Of a stretch of DNA of 64,000 nucleotides, positions 1 to 11,300 are shown in pieces (position 1 is the stretch's first letter; each line of letters begins with the position of its first letter). The DNA lies in assembly GCF_022846255.1 (NCBI RefSeq), contig NZ_AP025682.1. One strand, written 5' to 3'. The notes beneath the pieces are model-generated. The model had not been told where the DNA came from, did no database searches, and saw only the letters and a program-made list of their open reading frames with translations. This DNA comes from Escherichia coli. GTDB taxonomy: Bacteria; Pseudomonadota; Gammaproteobacteria; Enterobacterales; Enterobacteriaceae. Position numbers and translations under genes: made by a program.

Positions 1-236
1 GCCGTGATGCTGTTCGCCATAGTGTCTGCCTCCAGTGGTCAGTAATCTGGAGTGTAGGTAACCGCATTCACTCCGGCGGGAAGAATTTACAAACTGTGAT
101 CTCGCCGCGAAAACATCAATATTATCCATTTTGCTGTAACATAATTGCTTTAATTGTTAATAATATTTTGCAATCAAGTTATCATAATCAAACAACTTCA
201 CTTGTCAGCGACACCGCTTCGTTTTTAACATCGCTT

Positions 237-1160
237 ATGGAAAAAAATAGTCTGTTTAGTCAGCGCATCCGTTTGCGCCACCTTCATACATTCGTAGCTG
301 TCGCACAACAAGGAACTTTGGGGCGCGCGGCTGAAACCCTTAATTTGAGTCAACCTGCGCTCTCTAAGACATTGAATGAACTGGAGCAGCTGACGGGCGC
401 TCGCTTGTTTGAGCGTGGTCGTCAGGGGGCGCAACTTACCTTACCCGGCGAACAATTTTTAACGCATGCAGTCAGAGTACTTGACGCCATCAACACTGCC
501 GGACAGTCGCTTCATCGTAAAGAAGGTCCTAATAATGATATCGTCAGGGTTGGTGCACTACCTACTGCGGCACTAGGGATATTACCTTCGGTTATAGGTC
601 AGTTTCATCAGCAACAAAAAGAGACGACCTTGCAAGTTGCGACAATGAGTAACCCTATGATTCTGGCGGGTTTAAAAACCGGGGAAATCGATATCGGCAT
701 TGGTCGGATGTCAGATCCTGAACTGATGAACGGGCTTAATTACGAACTGCTGTTTCTTGAATCGCTGAAGCTGGTTGTCCGCCCTAATCACCCGCTACTT
801 CAGGAGAACGTAACGCTAAGCCGGGTGCTGGAATGGCCGGTCGTTGTATCACCAGAAGGCACTGCGCCACGCCAGCATTCAGATGCATTAGTGCAGAGCC
901 AGGGATGTAAAATTCCTTCGGGTTGTATCGAAACGCTGTCTGCTTCGCTATCTCGTCAACTTACGGTTGAATACGACTACGTGTGGTTTGTCCCTTCTGG
1001 CGCTGTAAAAGACGACCTGCGTCATGCCACGCTGGTGGCCCTGCCTGTTCCGGGACATGGTGCAGGCGAACCGATTGGAATACTGACCCGCGTAGATGCG
1101 ACGTTCTCTTCTGGTTGCCAGTTGATGATTAACGCTATTCGAAAATCAATGCCGTTCTGA
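237..1160 (+). CDS. ydcI: LysR-family transcriptional regulator (307 aa)
   Basis: ORF 96..1160 has an N-terminal HTH (LHTFVAVAQQGTLGRAAETLNLSQPALSK) and LysR substrate domain; internal ATG at 237 gives the 307 aa length recalled for YdcI; sits beside trg as in K-12. Confidence 0.85.
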   Translation: MEKNSLFSQRIRLRHLHTFVAVAQQGTLGRAAETLNLSQPALSKTLNELEQLTGARLFERGRQGAQLTLPGEQFLTHAVRVLDAINTAGQSLHRKEGPNNDIVRVGALPTAALGILPSVIGQFHQQQKETTLQVATMSNPMILAGLKTGEIDIGIGRMSDPELMNGLNYELLFLESLKLVVRPNHPLLQENVTLSRVLEWPVVVSPEGTAPRQHSDALVQSQGCKIPSGCIETLSASLSRQLTVEYDYVWFVPSGAVKDDLRHATLVALPVPGHGAGEPIGILTRVDATFSSGCQLMINAIRKSMPF

Positions 1161-1165
1161 AAGGT

Positions 1166-1190
1166 GAAGGGATCTGTCGATCCCTCCTTT
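1166..1190. terminator. Hairpin between convergent ydcI and trg (putative bidirectional terminator)
   Basis: agggatc-tgtc-gatccct inverted repeat followed by a short T-run; lies between two convergent stop codons. Confidence 0.4.
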
Positions 1191-1197
1191 AACATTT

Positions 1198-2838
1198 TCA
1201 CACCGTAGCGAAACTAACTGGTTCACCCGCTCCGCGAGGTACTGCCGACACGGAATGTTTGTTCAGACGGAATACGTCCACCGCCTCAGTTAATCGTGCA
1301 GCCTGTTCTTCAAGGGACACCGCCGCTGCTGAGGCTTCTTCTACCAGAGAAGCATTCTGTTGCGTCACCTTATCCATTTCAGAAATCGCCTGGCTAACCT
1401 GCGTTATGCCTCTACTTTGTTCATCCGAGGCGGCGGCGATTTCCTGCATGATATGTGTGACACTCGCGACGGCATCAACAATAGTGCTCATGGTTTTCCC
1501 TGCCGTTGCCACCTCATCCGACCCCAGGTCAATTAACCTGACTGATTCACTGATCAAGCCTTCAATCTCTTTCGCCGCCTGAGCGCTGCGGCTTGCGAGT
1601 GTCCGTACTTCGCTGGCGACAACGGCAAATCCACGCCCTTGCTCACCCGCTCGCGCGGCTTCAACGGCAGCATTCAGTGCCAGAATATTCGTCTGGAAAG
1701 CAATACTGTTGATGACGGCGGTGATCTCAGAAATTTTCTTCGAACTCGTGGAGATAGCGCCCATCGTTTTTACTACACCGGAAACCGTCTGCCCGCCATT
1801 GCAGGCTTTAATAGAAGCCTCTTGCGCCAGTTTGCTGGCATGATGCGCGTTATCCGCATTCTGTTTCACCGTCGCAGTGAGTTGCTCCATGCTGGCGGCA
1901 GTTTGTTCAATTGCCGCCGCTTGTTCTTCAGTGCGAGATGAAAGGTCCGCATTGCCAGCGGAAATTTCGCTGGTGCCACGATAAATCTCTTCCGCGCCCT
2001 GTCGAACGGTCCCTACAGTCATCCCCAGTGAATGCTGCATTTGCTGTAAATGACGACTTAAGCGACCGATTTCATTACGACCCGCCGGTTCATCATTCAT
2101 CGTCAGATCGCCACTGGCGATTTTTTCAATCCGTTGTGCGGCATGTTGCAGTGGACGAATGACGATCCGACGTAGCACTATAAATGTTATCAGCGTCATG
2201 ACCAGGGCAAGCACAAACGCGCCAATCATGAACATCCCACCCAGGCGGGTGCGCTGATGGGCCAGTTCCGCCAGTTGGTTGGCTCTGGTGCTACGTATCT
2301 TAACGGCTTTGTTCAAAATATCGGTATAAGCATTATCCAGCGGTCGGATCTGCTCACTTTCATGATTGATAATCGCTTCAAACATGCCATTTTTGGCATA
2401 TTTCAACATCGGTTGCATACCCGTGATATAAGCCTGGAAGCGTTGATTTAATTCAGTGTCGAGGGCTTCATCAGCAGGTGTTTTCACCGACCGATTCTGA
2501 TAAGCACGATAACCTTGCTGCGACTGTTTAATCTCCGATTCGGCTTGCGCAATATTTCGCTTCATTGCTTCCATTTCCGCAATACGACTCGCTGCCCCGG
2601 CCTGAATCATATTGATCCGGGCTGAACGCAAAAAATCTGAACTGTTCGCTAACCCGGTCCGAATCTCAATCTCCGCAGTAACATCACGCTGATCGCGATC
2701 GGCCTGCCAGAGGAAATAGCCAGCCAGAGCAGAACTTAATGCGAATAGAACTAAGATACCGCCAAGAATGCAGGCAAATAACGGAACCAGCCTGATGTGA
2801 TGCAAAAAACCTAATCGCTGTGAGGGAGTTGTATTCAT
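1198..2838 (-). CDS. trg: Methyl-accepting chemotaxis protein III (ribose/galactose chemoreceptor), 546 aa
   Basis: 546 aa with two TM segments, HAMP domain and the MCP signalling domain ([34 protein letters not shown]); length and context match Trg. Confidence 0.9.
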   Translation of the reverse strand: MNTTPSQRLGFLHHIRLVPLFACILGGILVLFALSSALAGYFLWQADRDQRDVTAEIEIRTGLANSSDFLRSARINMIQAGAASRIAEMEAMKRNIAQAESEIKQSQQGYRAYQNRSVKTPADEALDTELNQRFQAYITGMQPMLKYAKNGMFEAIINHESEQIRPLDNAYTDILNKAVKIRSTRANQLAELAHQRTRLGGMFMIGAFVLALVMTLITFIVLRRIVIRPLQHAAQRIEKIASGDLTMNDEPAGRNEIGRLSRHLQQMQHSLGMTVGTVRQGAEEIYRGTSEISAGNADLSSRTEEQAAAIEQTAASMEQLTATVKQNADNAHHASKLAQEASIKACNGGQTVSGVVKTMGAISTSSKKISEITAVINSIAFQTNILALNAAVEAARAGEQGRGFAVVASEVRTLASRSAQAAKEIEGLISESVRLIDLGSDEVATAGKTMSTIVDAVASVTHIMQEIAAASDEQSRGITQVSQAISEMDKVTQQNASLVEEASAAAVSLEEQAARLTEAVDVFRLNKHSVSAVPRGAGEPVSFATV

Positions 2839-3129
2839 TACCGTTGTCTCTCGTCCAGGTTTACTCCTGATAGAAAGTCATCGGCACTTGACGGTAATTA
2901 CTTATGACCAAAAACCTCTTTGCGTCACATTTTTACAACAATTATGGCAGAGAAGAATAATGCCATTGGAATGAAGAGAGTAACGAATGATTAAACTGGC
3001 AAACCCGAATGACGAAAAATTCTGGAAAACAGCACGCAATTTCGTCAGGTGATTATTTTCGTCCCTAAGGAAACCACATAGGATGCTCACGGGTGCCTGA
3101 GACTTTCTGTTTTCAGGCTAACCGGGAAT

Positions 3130-3200
3130 CAGAAAGACGAAGGCCCCGACCGATATTTCTATCAACCGAGGCCAACGAATGAACACAGCAATTCAGATCT
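3130..3200 (-). ncRNA. sokB: Putative Sok-type antisense RNA of the hokB locus (coordinates approximate)
   Basis: By analogy with hok/sok loci an antisense RNA is expected just upstream of hokB on the opposite strand; the minus strand here can form a stem (cgguugaua/uaucggucg with G-U pairs). Not verified by alignment. Confidence 0.25.
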
Positions 3201-3236
3201 TAGCCTCTTACCCGCCATCCGGCAAGGAGAAAGGCT

Positions 3237-3386
<150 letters not shown>

Positions 3387-3457
3387 GGGCAAGCGCGGGG
3401 ATTTTCCCCGCGCATCTGACTAGCAGATTCATTTTCTCATGGCACCCCTTTTACACT

Positions 3458-3631
3458 TCAGTTAGTGCATGTTTTTTTCGATGCACTAATAGAACCATCA
3501 TTACAGACAAATTTGCCGCCTGCCGTACAGTGTGAGATCCCCCCTTTCGAACCAGAACAGGGTTTGCGCCCGGCATCGGCATAAAAGGAAACAAGCGTTC
3601 CCATAACCAGGATAAGCGCCAGTTTTTTCAT
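3458..3631 (-). CDS. ydcA: Small secreted/lipoprotein-like protein, 57 aa
   Basis: Hand translation MKKLALILVMGTLVSFYADAGRKPCSGSKGGISHCTAGGKFVCNDGSISASKKTCTN with signal peptide; GGAGG RBS; position between hokB and cybB as in K-12. Confidence 0.75.
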   Translation of the reverse strand: MKKLALILVMGTLVSFYADAGRKPCSGSKGGISHCTAGGKFVCNDGSISASKKTCTN

Positions 3632-3801
3632 ATAACCTCCATGATTTATCGAATCTTATGTTCGATTTGAACGTTATACGCTGGTTTATTTTGATACCGT
3701 TGATGAGATCAAAGATCGGGTGAATTGATTAAAGATAAGCCAGATGGACGTATAGACAAGGATTATGGTTTTATTTGTCATACAAATAAATATAATAGGC
3801 G

Positions 3802-3866
3802 CTTCCGATGTAGGCCCGTATTCTTCGCCTGTACCACGGGTCGGTTTTAGTACAGGCGTTTTCTTT
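3802..3866 (+). ncRNA. rydC: RydC small regulatory RNA
   Basis: cttccgatgtaggcccgtattcttcgcctgtaccacgggtcggttttagtacaggcgttttcttt matches the RydC sequence as recalled (one possible substitution); TATAAT -10 at 3791..3796; ends in hairpin plus U-run; lies between ydcA and cybB. Confidence 0.7.
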
Positions 3867-3875
3867 AAATATCCT

Positions 3876-4406
3876 TCAGGAACGTTTACGCGGCATCATG
3901 CGTAGAAGTGTGTTGTCCTTCCAGAAATAGTGGTGTGCCAGTGCAGCCGCAGCGTGCAACCCGATGACAAAATATCCCAGATTCGCCAGCGTTTCATGCC
4001 ACGACTTTAAGCTATCAACCCGTTCGAAATTGGCCTCTGAAGCGTAAGGCATCGTCAAACCAAACGCAAACCACGGGTTGCCCCGGTTATACATCATCAC
4101 CAAACCAATCACTGGCAGCGCAATAAACAGGAGATAAATCACCAAATGGCCCAAATGCGCCAGTCCCGTCATCATCGGTTTTGGCTTAGGTATAATCGGC
4201 GGGGTTGGGCATTTCAGCCTTAACAAAAGACGAACCACCATCAGTACGAGAATTGAGATGCCACAGGAAACATGAATCATGTTGATGAGGGGCCGATCGC
4301 TACGTGGGAAGAAACCACGAAACTCCATTGCGCAATACGCTACGATAACCAGCAAAAAGACCAGCCAGTGAATGCTGATTTGTAACCTTGAGTATTTATT
4401 TCCCAT
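3876..4406 (-). CDS. cybB: Cytochrome b561, 176 aa
   Basis: Start taken at internal ATG (MGNKYSRLQISIHWLVFLLVIVAYCAMEF...) with aggaa RBS, giving the 176 aa length recalled for CybB; multi-TM haem-binding protein. Confidence 0.9.
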   Translation of the reverse strand: MGNKYSRLQISIHWLVFLLVIVAYCAMEFRGFFPRSDRPLINMIHVSCGISILVLMVVRLLLRLKCPTPPIIPKPKPMMTGLAHLGHLVIYLLFIALPVIGLVMMYNRGNPWFAFGLTMPYASEANFERVDSLKSWHETLANLGYFVIGLHAAAALAHHYFWKDNTLLRMMPRKRS

Positions 4407-4594
4407 AACATTTCCTGCTTTAACATAATTTGCCGTTAACATAACGGGCTTTTCTTAAAATTTCATTAAATATTGTTCACCTGTTTTCAGTACGTTACGT
4501 TTCGCTGCAAGAATGTAGATTGCCCATCCCGCCATCCTGGTCTAAGCCTGGAAAGGATCAATTTTCATCCGAACGTTCCTGACAGGAGAAGACC

Positions 4595-5596
4595 ATGAGT
4601 AAAGTTGGTATTAATGGTTTTGGTCGTATCGGTCGACTGGTGTTGCGTCGATTACTTGAAGTCAAAAGCAACATAGACGTTGTCGCTATTAATGATCTCA
4701 CTTCCCCAAAAATTCTCGCCTACCTGCTGAAACATGATTCAAACTACGGACCGTTCCCCTGGAGCGTTGATTATACGGAAGATTCACTTATCGTTGATGG
4801 GAAAAGTATCGCGGTTTACGCCGAAAAAGAGGCTAAAAATATTCCGTGGAAAGCGAAAGGCGCAGAAATCATTGTCGAATGTACAGGCTTTTATACCTCC
4901 GCCGAGAAATCGCAGGCGCATCTTGATGCTGGCGCGAAGAAGGTGTTGATTTCCGCCCCTGCCGGTGAAATGAAAACCATCGTTTATAACGTCAATGACG
5001 ACACTCTGGATGGCAACGACACCATTGTTTCCGTGGCGTCATGCACCACTAACTGCCTTGCGCCGATGGCCAAAGCCTTGCATGACAGTTTCGGGATAGA
5101 AGTCGGCACGATGACAACCATTCATGCCTATACCGGCACCCAGTCACTGGTGGATGGCCCACGTGGTAAAGATTTACGTGCTTCACGCGCAGCGGCAGAA
5201 AATATCATTCCCCACACTACGGGGGCGGCAAAAGCCATTGGTCTGGTGATCCCGGAACTGAGCGGCAAACTGAAAGGTCATGCGCAACGCGTGCCGGTGA
5301 AAACAGGTTCGGTCACTGAACTGGTGTCGATTCTCGGAAAAAAAGTGACTGCCGAAGAGGTGAACAACGCGCTTAAAAAGGCGACAAACAATAACGAGTC
5401 ATTTGGTTATACTGATGAAGAAATAGTCTCTTCCGATATCATTGGCAGCCATTTCGGTTCGGTGTTTGATGCCACGCAAACGGAAATTACCGCCGTGGGC
5501 GATTTACAACTGGTGAAAACGGTCGCCTGGTACGATAACGAATATGGCTTCGTCACACAGCTTATTCGCACCCTCGAAAAATTCGCTAAACTCTGA
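4595..5596 (+). CDS. gapC: Glyceraldehyde-3-phosphate dehydrogenase C, full-length 333 aa
   Basis: NAD-binding [10 protein letters not shown] motif and catalytic [10 protein letters not shown]; uninterrupted here, whereas gapC is a pseudogene in K-12. Confidence 0.9.
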   Translation: MSKVGINGFGRIGRLVLRRLLEVKSNIDVVAINDLTSPKILAYLLKHDSNYGPFPWSVDYTEDSLIVDGKSIAVYAEKEAKNIPWKAKGAEIIVECTGFYTSAEKSQAHLDAGAKKVLISAPAGEMKTIVYNVNDDTLDGNDTIVSVASCTTNCLAPMAKALHDSFGIEVGTMTTIHAYTGTQSLVDGPRGKDLRASRAAAENIIPHTTGAAKAIGLVIPELSGKLKGHAQRVPVKTGSVTELVSILGKKVTAEEVNNALKKATNNNESFGYTDEEIVSSDIIGSHFGSVFDATQTEITAVGDLQLVKTVAWYDNEYGFVTQLIRTLEKFAKL

Positions 5597-5604
5597 CGCG
5601 CACA

Positions 5605-5632
5605 GGCGGAGGAAAAAACCTCCGCCTCTTTC
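5605..5632. terminator. Bidirectional intrinsic terminator between gapC and aldA
   Basis: ggcggagg-aaaaaa-cctccgcc perfect hairpin flanked by T/A runs, between convergent genes. Confidence 0.6.
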
Positions 5633-5637
5633 ACTCA

Positions 5638-7077
5638 TTACGACTGTAAATAAACCACCTGGGTCTGCAGATATTCATGCAAGCCATGTTTACCATCTGC
5701 GCCGCCAATACCGGATTTACGCCATCCAGCGTGGAAGCCTTGCATAGCTTCGAAGTTTTCACGGTTGATGTAAGTTTCACCAAACTTCAGCCCTTTAATG
5801 GCTTTCATCGCGACGTTCAGATTTTGGGTATAGATTGATGAGGTCAGGCCGTAATCACTGTCATTAGCCATTGAGATAGCCTCTTCCAGCGTGTCAAATG
5901 CGACCACCGGCAGAACCGGGCCAAAGGTTTCCTCATGCATAATCGACATTTCCTGGCGAACATCCAGCAGCAATGTCGGCGGATAATAATATCCTTTCCC
6001 CTCTACCGCTTTGCCACCCAACGCCACTCTCGCCCCTTCTTCTACTGCGCGCGCCACTTTTTGCTCAACCCTTTCCAGCGCCGCGGCGTTAATCAACGGT
6101 CCCATCGCAATGTCGTTGCGTTCAGCAGGGTTACCAAATTGAACCGCCTGCATCGCTTCACCCAGCCGATTGACGAACTGATCATAAATGCTTTTCTGTA
6201 CATAAACACGTTCTGCACAGTTACACACTTGCCCACTATTAATGACGCGTGAATCAACGATGGCTTTGACTGCCAGTTCAAGATCGGCATCGTCCATTAC
6301 GATAGCCGGTGCTTTACCCCCCAATTCCAGGCACACTTTGGTGATGTTTTTCGCCGCAGTCGCCATAATCTTTTCACCTGCAGAGACGCTGCCTGTCATA
6401 CTGACCATTGCGACCTTTGGGTTACCCGCCAGTTCTTGCCCAACGGTTTCACCACGCCCGAGTACAAGGTTAAACACGCCGCGCGGAAGGCCTATTTCAT
6501 CAACGATTTTGGCGAATGCAATCGCATTGTTTGGCGTAAATTCACTGGGTTTAATGACGATGGTATTACCGGTCAAAAGAGCGGGAGCCATTTTGCGGGC
6601 AATGAGGAAGAACGGAAAGTTCCACGGCAGAATGCCGGTAGTCACGCCAAGCGCACGTTTAAACAGAAGAATATTTTCTCCTGGACGATCGCTTTGAATA
6701 ATCTCGCCCTCGTAACGCCGTGCCCACTCCGCCATATAATCGATATAGTCCGCAGTAAAAGCCACTTCGACTTCAGCCAACTGCTGGATCTTGCCCCCTT
6801 CTTCGACAATCAGCGCACTGATTTCACTGGCACGTTCCCGGATCCCGGCGGAGATTTTGCGCAACCAACTGGCGCGTTCAATAGCAGGCAACGCTTCCCA
6901 TTCTGGTTGTGCACGTTCTGCTGCATCGATTGCCTTACGGGCATCCTCGGCCTGACCATCGGGAATGCGGGAAATGACAGCCTCTGTAGCAGGGTTTTCC
7001 ACATCAATCCATGCGTCTCCACGCCAGGTAACAAACTGTCCATCGATATACATAGGATGTTGAACGGGTACTGACAT
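5638..7077 (-). CDS. aldA: Lactaldehyde/glycolaldehyde dehydrogenase A, 479 aa
   Basis: 479 aa aldehyde dehydrogenase fold (catalytic Cys in GQVCNCAERVYV, ELGGKAP motif); length and neighbours match AldA. Confidence 0.9.
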   Translation of the reverse strand: MSVPVQHPMYIDGQFVTWRGDAWIDVENPATEAVISRIPDGQAEDARKAIDAAERAQPEWEALPAIERASWLRKISAGIRERASEISALIVEEGGKIQQLAEVEVAFTADYIDYMAEWARRYEGEIIQSDRPGENILLFKRALGVTTGILPWNFPFFLIARKMAPALLTGNTIVIKPSEFTPNNAIAFAKIVDEIGLPRGVFNLVLGRGETVGQELAGNPKVAMVSMTGSVSAGEKIMATAAKNITKVCLELGGKAPAIVMDDADLELAVKAIVDSRVINSGQVCNCAERVYVQKSIYDQFVNRLGEAMQAVQFGNPAERNDIAMGPLINAAALERVEQKVARAVEEGARVALGGKAVEGKGYYYPPTLLLDVRQEMSIMHEETFGPVLPVVAFDTLEEAISMANDSDYGLTSSIYTQNLNVAMKAIKGLKFGETYINRENFEAMQGFHAGWRKSGIGGADGKHGLHEYLQTQVVYLQS

Positions 7078-7273
7078 GGGCGACTCCTGTGATTTACATG
7101 TTTGTTTTTGGTAAATTTATTGTTAATTAACATCAATTATCAGAGAGACGGCATCGTGAAAGGACAATTCTGTGAAGGGCTTCATAAAAACAAGTGTAAA
7201 AGGAATTAAAGGCAGAAATAAAAGTCAGAAGTCATGCCCGTTTGCAAACAATTGGTTCACGAACGGGCAATTT

Positions 7274-8074
7274 TTAACGTAACGAGCGACTTTCCATCGC
7301 CTCGATGAGCACCGCATCGTGTTTCAGCGTTTGCCATGCCTGGATGACTTCTGCCGGAAAATCAACGTGAACGATAAAATCTCGCCCGCGGGGGCCGTAG
7401 CCATCGCTATCATCGCGTAAACGCGGCAGCTCGCCAGTGAGTAGCGATAGATAACGCTCAACCGGCCATAATCCTTGCAACGGATTAACAAAGATTACAC
7501 TGTCTGCGTTATTTCCTAACTGAGGAACGAATCCGGGATAACTTAACCAGCGTGGTGCATCGGGATTATCCCCGGTTATACGGCGGAACGTCGCCATCGT
7601 GCGCCGCTGCATGGTGGGGTCCTGAACAACGATAGCCGTATGAACTCGTTCTACGGCCTGATTCAATAGCGCGATGCTAAAGCGTGCGTTTTCACCGCAG
7701 TTTGTTGACTGGTCTTCAATCCAGATTTTTTCATGCGGAATATGCCAGAACTGATGAGCGATATCCGCCAGGATGGTAGCTTCAGCTCTGCCAGTGGTGC
7801 GGATAGTGTTGTAGTGTGGATGCTGTGCGATGGCGCTATACAAAAAAGTTGTCGAGTGACCGATACCACCACTAATCAGTAAAGGAATTTGCTGATCGCG
7901 GGCAATCTTACATGCCGCATCGATAGTCGGCATAACCGCATTGCCTGCAAGGATCACGCAATCGGCCTGATACGGCACCTCACCGGAGAAATCATCCTGC
8001 GCCAGCCACTGTCCGATAACATTTATGGCATCTATGGTTGCCGGCGAAAGCGTCGGAAACGGGGTAATATTCAT
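7274..8074 (-). CDS. ydcF: DUF218 family protein, 266 aa
   Basis: 266 aa ORF between aldA and hrpA, same length and position as K-12 ydcF. Confidence 0.8.
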   Translation of the reverse strand: MNITPFPTLSPATIDAINVIGQWLAQDDFSGEVPYQADCVILAGNAVMPTIDAACKIARDQQIPLLISGGIGHSTTFLYSAIAQHPHYNTIRTTGRAEATILADIAHQFWHIPHEKIWIEDQSTNCGENARFSIALLNQAVERVHTAIVVQDPTMQRRTMATFRRITGDNPDAPRWLSYPGFVPQLGNNADSVIFVNPLQGLWPVERYLSLLTGELPRLRDDSDGYGPRGRDFIVHVDFPAEVIQAWQTLKHDAVLIEAMESRSLR

Positions 8075-8285
8075 GGTTCCTCCTTATCGTTCCCTTAAGA
8101 ATACTGCGTGAGATAATAGTGAGAAGCGGAGCACTCTGAAAGGAGGAAGTCGTATTTCCTTAACTGCCACTCCGCAAGCCTGACATATTTTTTAAGGAAA
8201 TGCTGTAGATAAACATTATTCATCTTGCAGCAGAGAATTGTATTTTTCTGAACTCCTGAATTTTTTCCCTTATCGTTTTTAGAAT

Positions 8286-8322
8286 TAATAAAAAACCCGG
8301 CGCTAAATGCTTACCGGGTTTT
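8286..8322 (-). terminator. Intrinsic terminator downstream of hrpA
   Basis: aacccgg...ccgggtt hairpin followed on the minus strand by a T-run. Confidence 0.5.
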
Positions 8323-8346
8323 AGATTTATCAGGCAAATAGCAGTG

Positions 8347-11300
8347 TTAACCGCTAATCTGCTCCATCGCCTGCAAAATACGCTTATCCGAAATCGGATA
8401 AGGCGTGCCAAGTTGTTGAGCGAAGTAACTAACGCGCAGCTCTTCTATCATCCAGCGGACCTCTTTCACGTCTTCATCCTCACGACGTGCAGGCGGTAGT
8501 TTGTTGATCCATTGCTGCCACGCCTGCTGGACGTTTTCGACTTTCAGCATCTGAGCACGGTCGCGATGTGGATCAATCGCCAGTTTTTCCAGTCGTTTTT
8601 CAATCGCCTGCAAATAACGCAGCGTGTCGCCCAGCCGTTTGAAGCCGTTACCAGTGACAAAACCGCGATACACCAGCCCGCCCATCTGCGCTTTAATGTC
8701 AGAAAGCCCCAGCGCCATGGTCATATCCACCCGCCCTTTCAGACGTTTGTTGATATTGAACACCGCAGTGAGGATTTGCTCGACCTGCTTCGCAATATCC
8801 ACCACTGTGTCGTTCAGTTCAGCGCGGACTTTTTCATGCAGCGCAGCAAAGCCTTCTTCCGTCCAGACCGGGCCACCATTGGCGTCGATCAGTTGATCCA
8901 CACCGCAGGAGATACAGTCGTCGATCAGCTCCAGCACTTTGCCATACGGGTTAAAGTACAGCCCCAGCTTGGCTTTGTTTGGCAACTTCTCATGCAAATA
9001 TTTGATTGGCGAGGGAATATTCAGCAGCAGTAAACGGCGAAGACCGTTCCACATTGCCTGCTTCTGTTCCAGCGGGTTATCAAACAGTTTGATCGCTACG
9101 CTGTCACGCTCATCCACCAGCGCCGGCCACGCCTTCACTTTGTAGTTGCCGCGCTTCTGCTCGTAGCTTTCCGGCAGTTGACCAAAACTCCAGATATGTA
9201 AACCGCTCTGCTCGATACCGTCATCCGCCACGGCAGACAGCGTTTCCTGCACTTTGCCTTTCAGGGCGTCTTTCAGATCCTGTAATGAGCGCCCTTCTTT
9301 TAGCTTCTTGTTTTTGTCATCCACCACGCGGAAAGTGATTTTCAGGTGATCGGGCACCTGATCCCAGTGCCAGTCTTCGCGGTCAACGGTGACGCCAGTC
9401 ATCCGCCGTAACTCTCGTTCAAGGCTGTCGAGCAACGGCAATTCCAGCGGTGTGACGCGGCCTAAAAACGCTTCGGCGTAGTTTGGCGCGGGCACAAAAT
9501 TACGGCGTACCGGCTTCGGCAGCGATTTAATCAGGGCGATGATCAGCTCACGACGCAGACCGGGGATCTGCCACTCAAACCCACTCTCCTCAACCTGGTT
9601 AAGTAACGGCAGCGGGATATGCACGGTCACACCGTCAGCATCCGCACCGGGCTCAAACTGATAGCTCAAACGCAGTTTGAGATTGCCCTGATGCCAGAAG
9701 TTCGGGTAATCCAGTTTGCTGATTTTTTCCGCCCCTTCTTTGATCAACATGCTCTTTTCAAAGTTGAGCAAATCAGGCGTTTCGCGGCTGACTTTTTTCC
9801 ACCAGCTGTCGAAGTGACGTGCGGAAATCACATCGTGGCTGATGCGCTGGTCGTAGAACTCAAACAGCGTTTCGTCATCCACCAGAATATCGCGGCGACG
9901 TGATTTGTGTTCCAGCTCTTCTACTTCCGCCCGTAGTTTCAGGTTTTCACGGAAGAATGCGTGACGCGTCTGCCAGTCACCTTCCACCAGCGCGTGGCGA
10001 ATAAAGAGTTCACGACATAACGCCGGATCGATCTGGCTGTAGTTGACCTTACGCGCAGCAACAATCGGCAACCCGTAAACAGTGACTTTTTCCGTTGCCA
10101 TCACCGCGCCCTGCGCCCGTTCCCAGTGCGGTTCGCTGTAGGTGCGTTTGATTAAATGCTGAGCGACAGGTTCCACCCATTCTGGATCGATGCGTGCCGC
10201 AATGCGCCCCCACAGGCGGCTGGTTTCTACCAGTTCCGCCACCATTACCCATTTCGGCGGCTTTTTGAATAAACCAGAACCGGGGAAGATGGAGAAACGC
10301 GCGTTACGTGCGCCGGTATATTCTTGTTTATCGGCATCTTTCATGCCGATATGCGAAAGCAAACCGGTCAGCAACGCAATGTGAATTTCGCGATAATCCG
10401 CCGGTTCGCTGTTAACCGGAATGCCAAGTTCTTTCACCACCTGGCGCAACTGGGTGTAGATATCCTGCCATTCGCGCACGCGCAGATAGTTGAGATAATC
10501 AGTACGACACAGGCGACGGAAGGCGTTTGAAGAAAGCGCCTTTTGCTGCTCGCCAAGATAATTCCACAGATTCACAAATGCCAGGAAGTCAGACTCTTTG
10601 TCGTGGAAGCGACGATGTTTTTCGTCAGATGCCTGCTGTTTATCCATCGGACGCTCACGCGGATCCTGAATGGAGAGCGCGGACGTGATAATCATCGCCT
10701 CACGCACGCAGCCATGTTTTTGCGCTTCCAGCACCATTCGCGCCAGACGAGGATCGACTGGCAGTTGCGAGAGCTGGCGACCGAGCGGCGTCAGTTTATA
10801 GGCGCTGGCCTGTTCATCAGTGGTGATCGCGCCCAGCTCTTCGAGCAGACGCACGCCATCCTGGATATTGCGTTTATCCGGTGCTTCGACAAACGGGAAT
10901 GCGGCGATATCGCCCAAGCCCAGTGCGGTCATCTGCAAAATAACCGAGGCCAGGTTAGTACGCAGAATTTCTGGGTCGGTAAACTCCGGGCGCGAGAGGA
11001 AATCGTCTTCGGAATAGAGACGAATACAGATCCCTTCTGACACACGACCGCAGCGGCCTTTACGCTGATTAGCTGAAGCCTGCGAAATTGGCTCAATCGG
11101 CAAACGCTGCACTTTGGTGCGATAGCTGTAGCGGCTGATACGCGCCGTACCTGGGTCGATAACGTATTTAATCCCCGGTACGGTCAGCGAGGTTTCCGCG
11201 ACGTTAGTCGCCAGCACAATGCGCCGTCCGCTGTGCGACTGGAAGACGCGGTTCTGCTCGCTGTTGGAAAGCCGTGCATAAAGCGGAAGAATTTCCGTAT

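Noticed and set aside
1259-2451. Plus-strand ORFs of 64-107 aa inside trg
   Set aside because: Antisense to the chemoreceptor gene; Ala/Ser-rich translations mirror the MCP coiled-coil codons.
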